This document shows positions 52,431-64,000 of a stretch of 64,000 nt of DNA, piece after piece. The notes beneath the pieces are model-generated. The model saw only the letters and a list, made by a program, of their open reading frames with translations. It was not told where the DNA came from and did no database searches. Made by a program: the position numbers and the translations under genes. Positions within the stretch are counted from its first letter, which is position 1, and each line of letters opens with the position of its first letter. The DNA lies in assembly GCF_009914755.1 (NCBI RefSeq), contig NC_060927.1; one strand, written 5' to 3'. This DNA is from the human T2T-CHM13v2.0 reference genome, Homo sapiens.

Positions 52431-55219
52431 AAGCCAAAATAATTCCTCCCAAAACTTGAATATTTTAGGCTGGTCTGACACGGTGTCACTGGTGTCATGA
52501 TATCAGCTACATTTTTTTGTTTCTATACTTTTAACTACATTTCACATTCTAACAGGCCTAGCATAGCATGTGCTAAAGTAGCACAAGTTTTATTAAATTA
52601 GGCTTAGCAGGCATAAAATCTGAAAATACAGAATTTTGCAGACCTAGAGAGTTATTGAAAGTTTTTGAACATCTGAGTGAGTAAAATATTCTGAGTTTCT
52701 ATTTAATCGACCAGGAAATAATGTGAACAATGAATTGAGATCAAGAAAAGATGAAATAGTGTCTTTCTAAGGATAATGTTCAAAATGTTAGTATAATAAT
52801 CCAGGGAAAATAAGAGAATAGAATTTCTGCTGCCTAATGTTGGCTTTGGAAATAAAGTGTAGGGAAAAAGATTCAAGAGATCCTGTGGAGTTGATAATGC
52901 TGAGATTTGTAAATTCATTGTTTGTTGGGGAATAATAAAGGACTCATCGAAGGCCACTGGGATGTGTCAAGCCTAGATGAACTGGAACAAGGCTGAGCCT
53001 GTAAAGTATATAGGTTTCACGAGAGCATGGGTTTGTGAAGCATTCTACAAATGAAAGGAAAAGGGGGGAATATGTTGGACTAATTTTTGTAGGTTTGGGA
53101 GTTGTCTGCCATGAGATCAAAGCTGAAATAATGATATGGATAAAAACAGTCAAGGAAGAAATTCTAGAAAGAGAGAGATGAAAAGAGAAGAAATGATGCT
53201 TTATTTAGTAGGCAAATGGAGGACAAAGAGGAGGGAGAGACCAGTACAATGTTGTAGAAGCTAAGAGAACTGAAAGTTCAAGAAATAGATGTATTAAAGA
53301 TTAAGAAATGTCATCAGGCTAGAAATAACAGAGAAAATTAAAGATGCTTTCAGTGAGAGGGATGAAAGAATTGATCAGCTCGTGGCAACTCAGAGTTGAG
53401 AGAGGTTTGTTAAGGCCCAGGATGACTGAGCTCACAAGTGAATGACTTGGAAGGAAGATGAAAATCCCAGTAATTGAAGAGCACTAACCTGGCCCTTTTT
53501 CTTTGAGACACCTTCAAATAATATTATTCGTATCATTCCTTGTTATAATGTGAAATTTTGCCTTAGCAATTTATTCATGATATTACAGGAAGAGAAACAT
53601 TGTACTTTATGGAGAACCCTTCTTATTTTATTAACACCTACTTAAATAGTGACTGGAGAAATTAATATCACCCTGAGTTCCTAGGCAGGAAGAAACTCAC
53701 TGGGTTTCAAATGAGTAAAAAGCAATACCATCAGATTAATGGACTAGGAATAGGCTCCATTACCTTCAGCTATTTTAATATCCTAGTACTCAACAAGAAT
53801 GTGACTCCCTTGCCCTTGTCCATGTGATGTTGGTTAACGTCAGCAGAAGGACCTTATTGAGAACTGCCTCCCTACCCAGCCCCAGAAGCAACAGGAAATG
53901 GGTATGACCAGAGGGAACAGGAAGAGATTGTTTTCCTTTTGGAATGTAACTGCCGCCTCTACCAATAACCACTAGATAAGACAGGTGGACGATGCAAACA
54001 GACAACAACTCTCCTATAAGAATATAGTTAGTGTGATTGAGACAAAAGCAAGACAATCATATTGTTTAATGTTTTTGGAGCTATTTTTCAATTATATACA
54101 ATATTGCACTAGTCAAATGGGCTCTCTTAACACTTTTATTTCTTTAATTTTTCTGGCCTAGTTTTAAAATTTATGGTGCATTAATGTGCATTGAATAAGC
54201 TTTTGTGAAATAACATCCTAAATCACTATACTTGAAAAGATTTCTTACATTAAAAGCATCTTGTGACAAGGAGCAGTTCGTTTCTTTAGGATTTGACTTT
54301 GAGATATTTTAAACAGTATAATGAAAGTATACACCAGAAGCCACTATGTACATACATCTGCATAAACAGATCAGGATGAGTTTTTAAAAGTGTTCTTTTT
54401 GCTTGGACTTAAAGGATCTAGGTAAATGCAATAATCTGACTTGGTAAGAATGCTTGTGGTAAGAATGACCAGCTGATGAAAAGGATTAAGAATGATGGGG
54501 TTCAAGATAAGCTTTATCTTTGCAAAAGGATTGGTACGGTATAAAGCATAAATAAATAAAGCATGGAACATAAAAGTCTAAAATTTAGATATTTCTATTT
54601 CACCTGGCACTTTTCCTGGAAGCATTAAGGATCCAAGAGAAGTTGGGAATTGATTACATTTTGAATATGATTTTTTCAAGTTAAGACATATACTTTCCCA
54701 CTCAGGAGTTGCTTAGAAGACGCATTTCTTCACCTTGCTTGTCCTAGTTTTGATTATCTGGAATCCGCACCTCTGCCAAACATCAGAGTCAGAAAGAACC
54801 AGAGATTTAAAGGTTAATCATGCCAAAATTGAGCAGATGTCCCCCTGAGAAAAATCTGGGGTGTTTGGGTTTATTCCTGTGGCTGCTGCTGTGTAGTATT
54901 CAATACCCTGCTCTCGCCCCCAGAGTCAGGGCCACAGCTGTCCACAGGAAATGCATCAGAGAGGTCTAATGTGAATGAATCATATGCACATGTTCCTTGG
55001 TATGTGGTGATGGGCATACCAAGGGCTCAAAATCAGCCCTCCCTCCAGGCCAGAATTGGTTCCAGGCTTGTGAATGCAAACTATCCACACAAGTTGTGCT
55101 GTGAAACTACCCTCCTTTCCCGTTTCTCTGCGTATTGCCAGTAAAGGAATTTTAGTGTGTTGCTGGGATGAAACACATAATCATCTGGGAGACATGAGGG
55201 GATAAGCATATCTCTGTAA

Positions 55220-55285
55220 CTGAGCTTAGTCACATCCTCATACGCGTAGCACGTGCAGCATGTTAGGGAGGGACTTTCCTGCCCG
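55220..55285. promoter_or_regulatory. Candidate enhancer motif cluster (AP-1-like, E-box, NF-kB)
   Basis: TTAGTCA at 55226-55232, CACGTG at 55250-55255 and GGGACTTTCC at 55270-55279, in apparently unique sequence that retains CpGs. Confidence 0.4.
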
Positions 55286-55834
55286 ACCGTATCAGCACAT
55301 GGAACAGTTTAGCCAGGGAATAGGCCCAATTCTATGTTTTGAAATTTAATTTTCAGTCACTCAGCTGTAGTCAATTGAAAAACTGCTTAGTGAGTGACTG
55401 TTTTCAAATAATCATTTGGTAATTATAGGGTATTTTTTCTTGAATGAAATTTGGAGGTATAATATTTCTGAGTCGTATTTCTCCCATCATCACAATTAAT
55501 TATTGCATTTGGCATGTAACAAATATTTAGATGTTTTACCAAATTGTCAGGAGTGGCAAATATCTCATTGTATGACAGTAATGCTACAATTTCAACAAGA
55601 TGTCCATCATCCTATCCACAACTCACCACCACCACCACTATCAAATGTTCCCTATCTCAATGAAGTGACAGATCTATCCAGTTGCCTGATACTGTAGGAG
55701 TCATTCTGGATTCTTTCTACTTTACTTTCAATATGAAAAAGTCGCTAAGTCCTATGGATTTTACCTCAAAAATCTCTCCAATTGCCTTAGATCACTTATT
55801 TATTTTTAAAATATCTCTCATAAGAATCACTGTC

Positions 55835-56147
<313 letters not shown>

Positions 56148-58359
56148 GAATCACTGTCCTAGCCCTTTAACAGATCTCCTTGCCTCCATCCTTTCCCATC
56201 CTCCTCATTCCCATCAATGCAACACAGGCATTATAACGGACACTCCGACTTTATTGCTCCACTGCACAAAATTCCACCATGCCAAAAAGAGTAAACACTT
56301 TTCCATCACATGCAAATCTACTGTAAATGCTTGTTTGCATTTTTCTTACCCACTAAACTGTGGATTCCCTGATTACATAATCATTACATCTTCTGTTTTC
56401 TTTGTATCTATAATATTCTACACAGAGTTTTCTTGCTTTTTCATTCAACATTATTTTTCTCATTTGCTTAGCTGCAACTGGTTATTTTGTATTCTGTGTA
56501 GTTTAGCTGCAGTTGGTTTGTTTGTTTGGTTGGTTGGTTTGTTGGTTTGTTTAGGGCAGTTGGTTATTTTGTATTCTGTGCAGTATTCTATTTTATGAAT
56601 GTATTACAGTTATCTATCCATTCTCCTATCAATGGACTTTTGTATTGTTTCTACTTTTTTGAAAATTATTATAGACCATGCTGCTACAGAATCTTGCACA
56701 TATCTGCAGGTTTTTTCTGAGACTGCACCTAAAGGTAAATTTGTTGGGCTGTAAGTCATGTGTTTCTTTAAAAATTCTGGATAATATAAATGTTTTCTAA
56801 AATTGTTTACCAAAGTTTACCAAAGTTTAGTTTTTTAAAAACTATGTTGGCCTCTCAAAACTTTTATTAGCCTATAAAATGTAATGTTTAGAGTTATCGT
56901 TTCCTTGGAAATCAATAGGATCTCTGCTGGAAAAAGTTCATTTGCATGGTTTTAAACAAGAATCATTTGTATTGTTATGTTTCCTACAAATTACTAAACT
57001 AATCCATTTTTATCACTACCGGTTTCCAACAAGGGCAAATTTTTCCGAGTTGTGGAATAGCTTGGTCAATGAAAAGTCAACCGAAGGTGCATATCCCAAT
57101 AGAATCACATAATCTCTGGAGGATCTACTAGCCAGGGATCTGCAAACTACAACCAGTCAGCTAAATCCAATAGAGGTCAGTGGCCCATTTCCGAGCCTAC
57201 AAGTTAAAAATGATCTTACATTTTTAAGAACAAACAGACATTAAAATGAAGAATAAATAGAAACGACCACAGCACAGGAGATGTGCAGTCTCATTAATTA
57301 ATAAGTAAATGCCAGCTAAAACTCCAAATAAAACCAAGTCTTACTCACCTGACTTCTTATACACCACTAATAGAAATATCAATTTAGACACTAATCAGTG
57401 CATGAAGTCTACTAAGCCTTGTGCACCACATTAATTTGCTGTAAATAGAATGTTTTAAACAATAGTAGTGGGTAATAATAAAACACAATGACATTAATTT
57501 TAGAAAAGAGTATCAATTTGTACAATCTGCCAGAAGAGGAAAAAAAAGTGTCCTTGTAAAGAACAAAACCAATTATTGGCTGTCTTTTCAGTAGAATTCT
57601 GGCCATTTATTATCTGTATCAAGCCAGATAATAAATGTTTTAGGCTTTAAGGATGATTTAAGTCTCTGTTGCATATTCTTTTCTTGCCTTTTTTTTTACA
57701 ATGCTTTTTTAAGGATATATCTATATATTTATACCAATGCCTATCTGTCTATCTATCTATAGGACTGTAGATGGGTCTTTTAAGGTTGTGTTTTCTCATG
57801 TTTTTCTCTTGTAAAAACGCAATTAATTTTTTAATATTGATCTTTTATCCAACAATCATATTACTGTCTTATAAATATGAGTAATATTTTGTAGATTACT
57901 TTGGTTTTTCAGTATTGATGATCATACTACATAATTTACCAATATTTAATTAGTTATTTCTTCTTTTCTATTGACTTCTCTTCATCTCTCCTTCCTTTTC
58001 CTCTCTCTCTCTCTCTCTCTTTTCCAACTACACCATCCAGGCCTTCTAACACAATACTTACTACTGAACTCATATTTAATTTTAATTTGAAGGTAAAAGA
58101 AAACTATCTCTGGTCATTTTTATGTACTACTGCATTCAGTTTACTTTCTTAGGATTTGTTGTTTTCTTTTTCTAACTTTCTAAGTTATATGCTCACCTCA
58201 TTAAATTTTAGCTTTTTCACTCCAAAATAAAATTATTTAAGGCTACAAATTTTCTGCTATTGATAGATACCTCAATTGACATATATTGATAAGAAATATT
58301 TTTATTGCATTCAGTTATAGGTTTCTTCACTTCCGTTATGATTTGCTCTTGCTCTTTGA

Positions 58360-58702
<343 letters not shown>

Positions 58703-59649
58703 TAAGGTGTTTGTGTGCATTGTTTAACAATTTCTAGATATATATGTGGTTTTATATTTATTTAATCATGTTAAGGTCCAAAAATGTGTTATGAAAAGTC
58801 TTTGAGATTCACTGTAGCTTATTTAATAGTTTGGCATATAATCAATGTTTATAAATATTCCATAGGTGCTTAAAAAAATATACAGTCTCCAATTCTTGGG
58901 TGAAATGTTCTATATATTTCTATTGGATTATCTTTTAATATTGTTATCCAGATCTTCTATATCCTTACTGATTTGTGCACTTGACATATCAAATATTGAG
59001 AAAGGTGTATTAAAATCACCCATTAACATGGGTGATTTTACCCTTTTAATTCTTATATTATTTTTTGTAGTATTTACTTAAAATTTATGATACTAGATGT
59101 AATCAAGCTTAGAATTTTATCAATGTTATCAGCCTGCTGAATTGATTAATCTCTTTTTTTGGTAAAATTTTAGTTTTATTACAACTTTACTATACCAGCA
59201 ATCCTTCACTTATATTTGTTTGATATATTTTTTGAACTATTTTACTTTCAACTATGCTATAGCCTTATGTTTTAAGTGTGTCTCTTTTAAACAGAAGACA
59301 GCTGAATTTTGTTTATTTGTTTGTTTTATGCCAATCTGTGTCTTCTAACTGGAGAATTTGGTCCAATTATATTTATTGCAATTAATATATTTTGATTTAT
59401 TTCTAGCATTTTATGTTATACTTCCTATATGTTCTTCTCTAATACTTTTTATTTTTCTGTCCTCCTTTAGATTGACTTATGTTTAATTTTGTTTTTTCTT
59501 TCTGCAAAACTTGACCTTATGCACTCTATTTTTATCTTTTTTGTGGTTGTATTAGTACTTTTTACATACATAATTAACCTAATAAAGTCTAAAGTATATA
59601 ATTAATCAATATCATTATCCTTCTTTCCAACAACATAAGTAAGGACTTC

Positions 59650-59773
59650 ATTTTATTTATTTAGCCAGGGTCTCACTATGTTGCTCAGGCTGGTCTCAAA
59701 CTTGGGCTCAAGTGATTTTCCTGCCTCAGCCTCCTGAGTAGCTGGGACTACAGGTGCACGCCACCAGGCCTGA
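59650..59773 (-). mobile_element. FLAM-type Alu monomer
   Basis: Single arm; flanks gtaaggacttca / gtaaagacttca. Confidence 0.8.
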
Positions 59774-60469
59774 TTGAGTAAAGACTTCAGAGTGCTTTAA
59801 TTCTAATTAAACTCTCCCAGCTTACACACCCCGTTGTCTGGTTTTTTAGTTGATCTTTTTTATCACCATTCTTTTATTTTTGTTAATGTTTGCTTAGATT
59901 TATTTATGTTGTTACTATATTCTTTGCTTATCATTCTTTCTCACATATCAGATCTTCCATAAACTATTATTTTGCTTCCTAAATTCATTCTCAAGAAGTT
60001 CCTTTGGTTACAGTCAGTGGTGGGAAGTTTTTCAATTTTTATTTTGAACAGTCTAGCTTGGACTACTTTACCATAGATCTTTAACTTGGAAATACTCAGG
60101 CTACACAATTAGTATAAATTCTATTCCTACATCCATTTGAAGTCTGGCCAAATCATGAATTCTTACAGAAAGTTTTTGTTGTAAGTTTACCAGCCTGAGT
60201 CAGGACTGAAAAAAGCAAGTATATCTATGTTTCTTGTGGAAGAGTAGGGGTGAGGAGTCGGAGTTGGGGCTGAGTTTCATTTTTTGTTAGCCCACATTTT
60301 CACTTTGCCCTGGACTACACTTTGTATGAAGTCCCTTGGCACTTGCAAGTCCTGTTAAAGTGAAAGCTCTAGGTCGCTTAAGTCCAGTGAGGCCTCTTGA
60401 AATGGATAGATACCACCAGGACAGCTACTGTTTTCAGCACTCACATATCCTTCTTGATTTTTTTGTCGG

Positions 60470-61102
60470 TATTACAAGAAAGACATCTTGATCCAGACCC
60501 CAAAAGAGGGTTCTTGGACCTCTTGCAAGAAAGAATTCAGAATGAATCCATAAAGTGAAATCAAGTTTATTAGGAAAGTAAAGGAATAAAGAATGGCTAC
60601 TCTATAGGCACAGCAGCAGCATAGGCGGCTTGACTGAGTAAACTTACAGTTATTTCTTCATTATATGCCAAACAAGGGGTAGATTATTCATGAGTTTTCA
60701 GGGAAAGGGGCAGAGATTTCCTGGAACTGAGGGTCCCTCCCCTTTTTAAACTATATAGGTTAACTTCTGGATGTTGCTATAGCATTTGTAAACTGTCATA
60801 GCACTGGTGGTAGTGTCTTTTAGCATGCTAATACATTAAAATTTACATATAATGAGCAGTGAGGACCACCAGCGGTCACTTTCATGGCCATCTTGGTTTT
60901 GGTAGGTTTTGGCTGGCTTCTTTACAGTATCCTGTTTCATCAGCACAGTCTTTCTGACCTATACCTTGTGCCAACCGACCTCCTACATCATCGTATGACT
61001 AAGAAGGTCTCACCTCCTGGGAATTCAGCCCAGCAGGTCTCAGCCTTATTTTACCCGGCCCCTATTCAAGATGGAGTTGCTCTGGTCCAAATGCCTCTGA
61101 CA
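60470..61102 (-). mobile_element. MER41B-like ERV1 solo LTR, full length, with tandem GAS motifs
   Basis: Reverse complement starts TGTCAGAGGCATTTGGACCAGAGCAACTCCATCTTGAATAGGGGCCGGGTAAAATAAGGCTGAGACC; about 633 bp; TTCAGGGAA at 60697-60705 and TTCCTGGAA at 60718-60726. Confidence 0.9.
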
Positions 61103-61571
61103 GCTCTCTTTGTTTTTGGCTTCTAAGATTTTCTTTTACTTGCCTGCTGGCTCAATGGTGCATATAAAAATGCACTATAGCATTTTTAAAGGACTTAAAA
61201 AAATTCATCAAGCATTTGTGTCACACACAGTGGTTTTTAAGGATCCATTCTGCAAACTGCTAGAACCAATGCATTCCATTCTTAATAACTTATGTATGGC
61301 CACCAGGAGGGCTACTTTCTCCTCCATTCCTATAAGTGGCCAAACTGAGTGATCTTGGACCACCTCAGTAAGCCTCAGTTGTCTAAATTTACTTACTGTA
61401 AATAGTTGGGGACTCTTTAAGATCCCTTAAAAAAATTATCTCAAACTTGCACAAACTTCTGGGAGGAGATTTAGCATTCTTGATTTAAAAACAAACAAAC
61501 AAACAACAACAACAAAAACCCTAAGTTTCTAATCAACTTTAATGAAATCAAGATATTGTAAGGGAGATGTG

Positions 61572-61730
61572 GGTAGTCCAAGCTACTTAAGAGGCTGAGG
61601 CTGAAGGATTGCTTGAGCCCAGAGTTAGAGACCAGCCTGGGCAACACAGTCAGACCCTCATCTAAACAAAAAAAAACGAACAACAGCAACAACAACAAAA
61701 AACAGAAAGAAAAGAGAAAAAGAAAAAAAT
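61572..61730 (+). mobile_element. Alu monomer fragment (FLAM-like) with A-rich tail
   Basis: gtagtccaagctacttaagaggctgagg...gcttgagcccagagttagagaccagcctgggcaaca. Confidence 0.75.
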
Positions 61731-61878
61731 ATTTGTTCTGGGAAACCAGTTACCAATCCATACTGTCGACTATCAGCTGAAAGTCAGAGTCTAAAATTAA
61801 CTCTAAGTAGGCATTTTTTTTTTCTTTTGTCATACATTTTAAGTAAATCCTTTTTTTTCCTTTAAAAGAGTCCTCACC

Positions 61879-61996
61879 GCCAGGCATGATTGCTAACACC
61901 TGTAATTCCAGCACTTTGGGAGACCGAGGTGTGTAGATCACTTGAGGCCAGGAGTTTGAGACCAGCCTGGCCAATATGGAGAAACCCCGAAAGTAA

Positions 61997-62037
<41 letters not shown>

Positions 62038-62186
62038 AGCAAAATTAGCTCGGTGTGGTGGTGCGTGCCTGTATTTCCAGTTGCTCAGGAGGCTGAGGCA
62101 GGAGAATCGCTTGAACCCAGGAGGCAGAGATCACACCACTGCACTCCAGCCTGGGCGACAGCACGAGACTCTGTAGGAAAAAAAAA
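61879..62186 (+). mobile_element. Alu whose middle linker has become (AC)n
   Basis: Left arm, (AC)17, then a right arm with an internal deletion. Confidence 0.9.
62001..62034. repeat. (AC)17 microsatellite
   Basis: Perfect dinucleotide run. Confidence 0.97.
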
Positions 62187-62604
62187 TTCCAGTTGAGATG
62201 CTTTCCAGGGCGCTAGTCAAGCCCCGCATGCTTATTTGTGGGAGTGAAAACACCAATATTTCGGGATTGTTGTGAGGACTAAATAGTGTCTGTAAGATGC
62301 ACAGAGAAAGCGTAAATAGACGTCAATAGCACTTGTTAGGTCTACACACTCCATTTTTCCTCTATATTAATCGAATTATTTAAAGATTGGTTAGCTTTTT
62401 GGGGAAATGTCTCTCCATTGTATTCCACTTATTAGGATGAACTACCTTTTCTCCTTGCTTTTCAGCTTTCTCTGCTATGAAAAAGATGGAAAATTTTTTA
62501 GCACAAGGGGACTCTTCTCAAGCAGTAAATCATTTTGATATTAAAAACAGATAATTGCAAACCCAGTTTTATTTCAGTATGAATTCCGCAGTGGAGTGTG
62601 AATA

Positions 62605-62609
62605 TGTGT

Positions 62610-62649
<40 letters not shown>
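62605..62649. repeat. (TG)n microsatellite: (TG)4 TA (TG)17
   Basis: Perfect run at 62615-62648, about 1 kb upstream of the first exon. Confidence 0.97.
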
Positions 62650-62652
<3 letters not shown>

Positions 62653-63071
62653 TACCTGTGATTCAAAAGAGGAAAGGGATCAGTATTAAAGGTACTTGTA
62701 CACTGGAAGCAAAAAAAAAAGGAAGTTTAGTTCCTCTGAGCTCCTTGGCAATTATAGCTGCTAAAGGTAGCTTTTACAAAGAAACTGCCTTTGTGCCTAA
62801 AGTATTTATTTCCTTGTTTGTATTTACCCCTTTGAGGAGGAATCGCTGTGTCTTGAGTGAAAGGGGTACGCTGCTTGCTTGCATTAAACTGTGAGGGTCC
62901 AGGCGCATTACGGCTGATTTCAGTAGGTAGAGCAGACACACTTTAGTTTATTTTTCTCTTTCTCACTCCCCACCCTCAACCTCCGATGTACACACGTTTT
63001 AAGATTCCCTGAAGTCAGGAGGTGGGAGCGGAGAGTTTCAGTTCAGATCTTGACATGAGAGTACTTCGACC

Positions 63072-63277
63072 AAGGAAAAGAAAGGGAAGAAAGAGGGAAG
63101 CGGGGTGGAGAAAGCAGGAGCAAGGAAGGAAAGAAGGAAACGGGGAGGGAGAGTAAGAAAAAAGAAAACGAAGGAGGGAGGGAGAGAGGACATTTAAATG
63201 AAGAAGGAAGGAAGCTTGGATTCAGGGAGGAAAGGGAGCGGGAAAGAGAGCGAAAGAAGAGCGTGAGAAGAGGCAAG
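63072..63277 (+). promoter_or_regulatory. Polypurine tract with many GGAA (ETS-core) motifs upstream of the first exon
   Basis: ~200 bp almost entirely A/G, e.g. gaagaaggaaggaag and gaggaaaggg. Confidence 0.55.
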
Positions 63278-63629
63278 CATTATAGTCTCCGGTCCACAGG
63301 GGAGAGATGGAGCCCCCTCAGGACTAGAGAATCCCGAAGAGCCCGTGTATTGTTTTCTTGAAAGCCCCGAAGCTAAGCAATTCTAAAAATGTTTAGCAAA
63401 GCCCTTTTGGGAATGGTGAGATGGGGGGTGGGGAGGATGGGACATTTTCATTGCCACCGCCCGCCCCCCGTCTCCCCGGCCCCCTCACATGAAGTGACTG
63501 GATTTGGGAGACCTAGCGGAAACCTTCAGGTCACCCAGGGAACTGCTCCTCTCTCTGGTCCTGCAGCGGCGAGGCGGGGTAGGGGGTGGGGGGGGGGGGG
63601 GGCCGTGAGAGCGCCGAGACGCGCGGGGC

Positions 63630-63716
63630 GCGGAGATGTGCAAGTGGCGAAGCTTGACCGAGAGCAGGCTGGAGCAGCCGCCCAACTCCTGGCGCGGGAT
63701 CTGCTGAGGGGTCACG
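63630..63716 (+). other. MME: Non-coding first exon of MME (neprilysin/CD10); TSS approximate
   Basis: gcggagatgtgcaagtggcgaagcttgaccgagagcaggctggagcagccgcccaactcctggcgcgggatctgctgaggggtcacg matches my recollection of the CALLA/MME cDNA 5'UTR; followed by a consensus donor ACG|GTGAGT. Confidence 0.85.
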
Positions 63717-63914
63717 GTGAGTCTCTGTGGGTGCGGGTCGGAGGGATGCCCAGGTGCCTCGTCGCCCCACGGCCCGGGCGGAGGCGGGTCCGGAACCTCC
63801 CCCAAGTCCGGCCTCAGCCTGGAGCCCGCGCGCCTTGGGCGGATGCACGGACTGAGAGGCGCTTGGCTGGGCTCTCAGCCCGCCACTGCCACCCGGCCCC
63901 GTGCGCTCATTGGT

Positions 63915-63961
63915 CGGGATGTGTCGGCTCAGCAGCCTCCAACTTCTCCCGAATCCCACTG
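63915..63961 (+). other. MME: Candidate second alternative non-coding 5' exon of MME; start uncertain
   Basis: Consensus donor CTG|GTGAGT at 63961/63962; MME is known to use several alternative non-coding first exons. Confidence 0.5.
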
Positions 63962-64000
63962 GTGAGTCCCAGGAGAGCGAGCTGAGGGAGAAAGGTCCAA

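Larger units (their letters stand above)
63450..64000 (+). promoter_or_regulatory. MME: CpG-island promoter of MME (continues past the window edge)
   Basis: Abrupt rise in GC and CpG; GC boxes (gaggcgggg at 63571, gggcggagg at 63776); G-run at 63576-63602; inverted CCAAT (ATTGG) at 63909-63913; no TATA box seen. Confidence 0.85.

Noticed and set aside
57130-57700. hAT-Charlie (MER58/MER33-like) fragments
   Set aside because: Only short degenerate matches; family and boundaries cannot be supported.
60748-60762. SRF CArG-like site in the MER41 LTR
   Set aside because: The sequence actatatagg does not fit CC(A/T)6GG, so it is not claimed.
63389-63985. 198-aa plus-strand ORF and overlapping 106/142-aa minus-strand ORFs
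   Set aside because: Stop-poor GC-rich CpG-island sequence; the Arg/Gly/Pro/Ala-rich translation resembles no known family, runs through two splice donors and is not neprilysin protein sequence.

Overview
Primate (very probably human) genomic DNA: AT-rich, CpG-depleted and largely made of interspersed repeats (about 25 Alu/FLAM copies, L1, L2, MIR, MaLR and ERV1 LTRs, Tigger and hAT DNA transposons). There is no credible protein-coding exon; the ORFs in the track are Alu, L1, LTR or low-complexity artefacts. The last ~550 bp are a CpG island. It contains a non-coding first exon (~63630-63716, donor ACG|GTGAGT) that I recognise from memory as the 5'UTR of MME (neprilysin/CD10/CALLA), and a second alternative donor at 63961/63962. 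The window is therefore the ~63 kb upstream of MME, whose start codon lies beyond the right edge. The most interesting signal is a set of transposon-derived candidate regulatory modules for MME: (1) a sense MER21A-type LTR with promoter motifs, followed by a well-formed candidate exon (8154-8277) about 55 kb upstream; (2) a full-length MER41B-type LTR with two intact tandem GAS (STAT) motifs about 3 kb upstream; (3) a MER20; (4) an LTR7 solo LTR inside a triple LTR nest; (5) a unique-sequence AP-1/E-box/NF-kB cluster. There are also clean retrotransposition structures: a twin-primed L1PA, a complete THE1 nested in an MLT1 provirus, a young AluYb8/9 and a closely spaced inverted Alu pair. Family names and gene identity come from recalled consensus and cDNA sequences, not from a search. 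Every functional claim is a hypothesis, and I found no evidence of a wholly new biological system.
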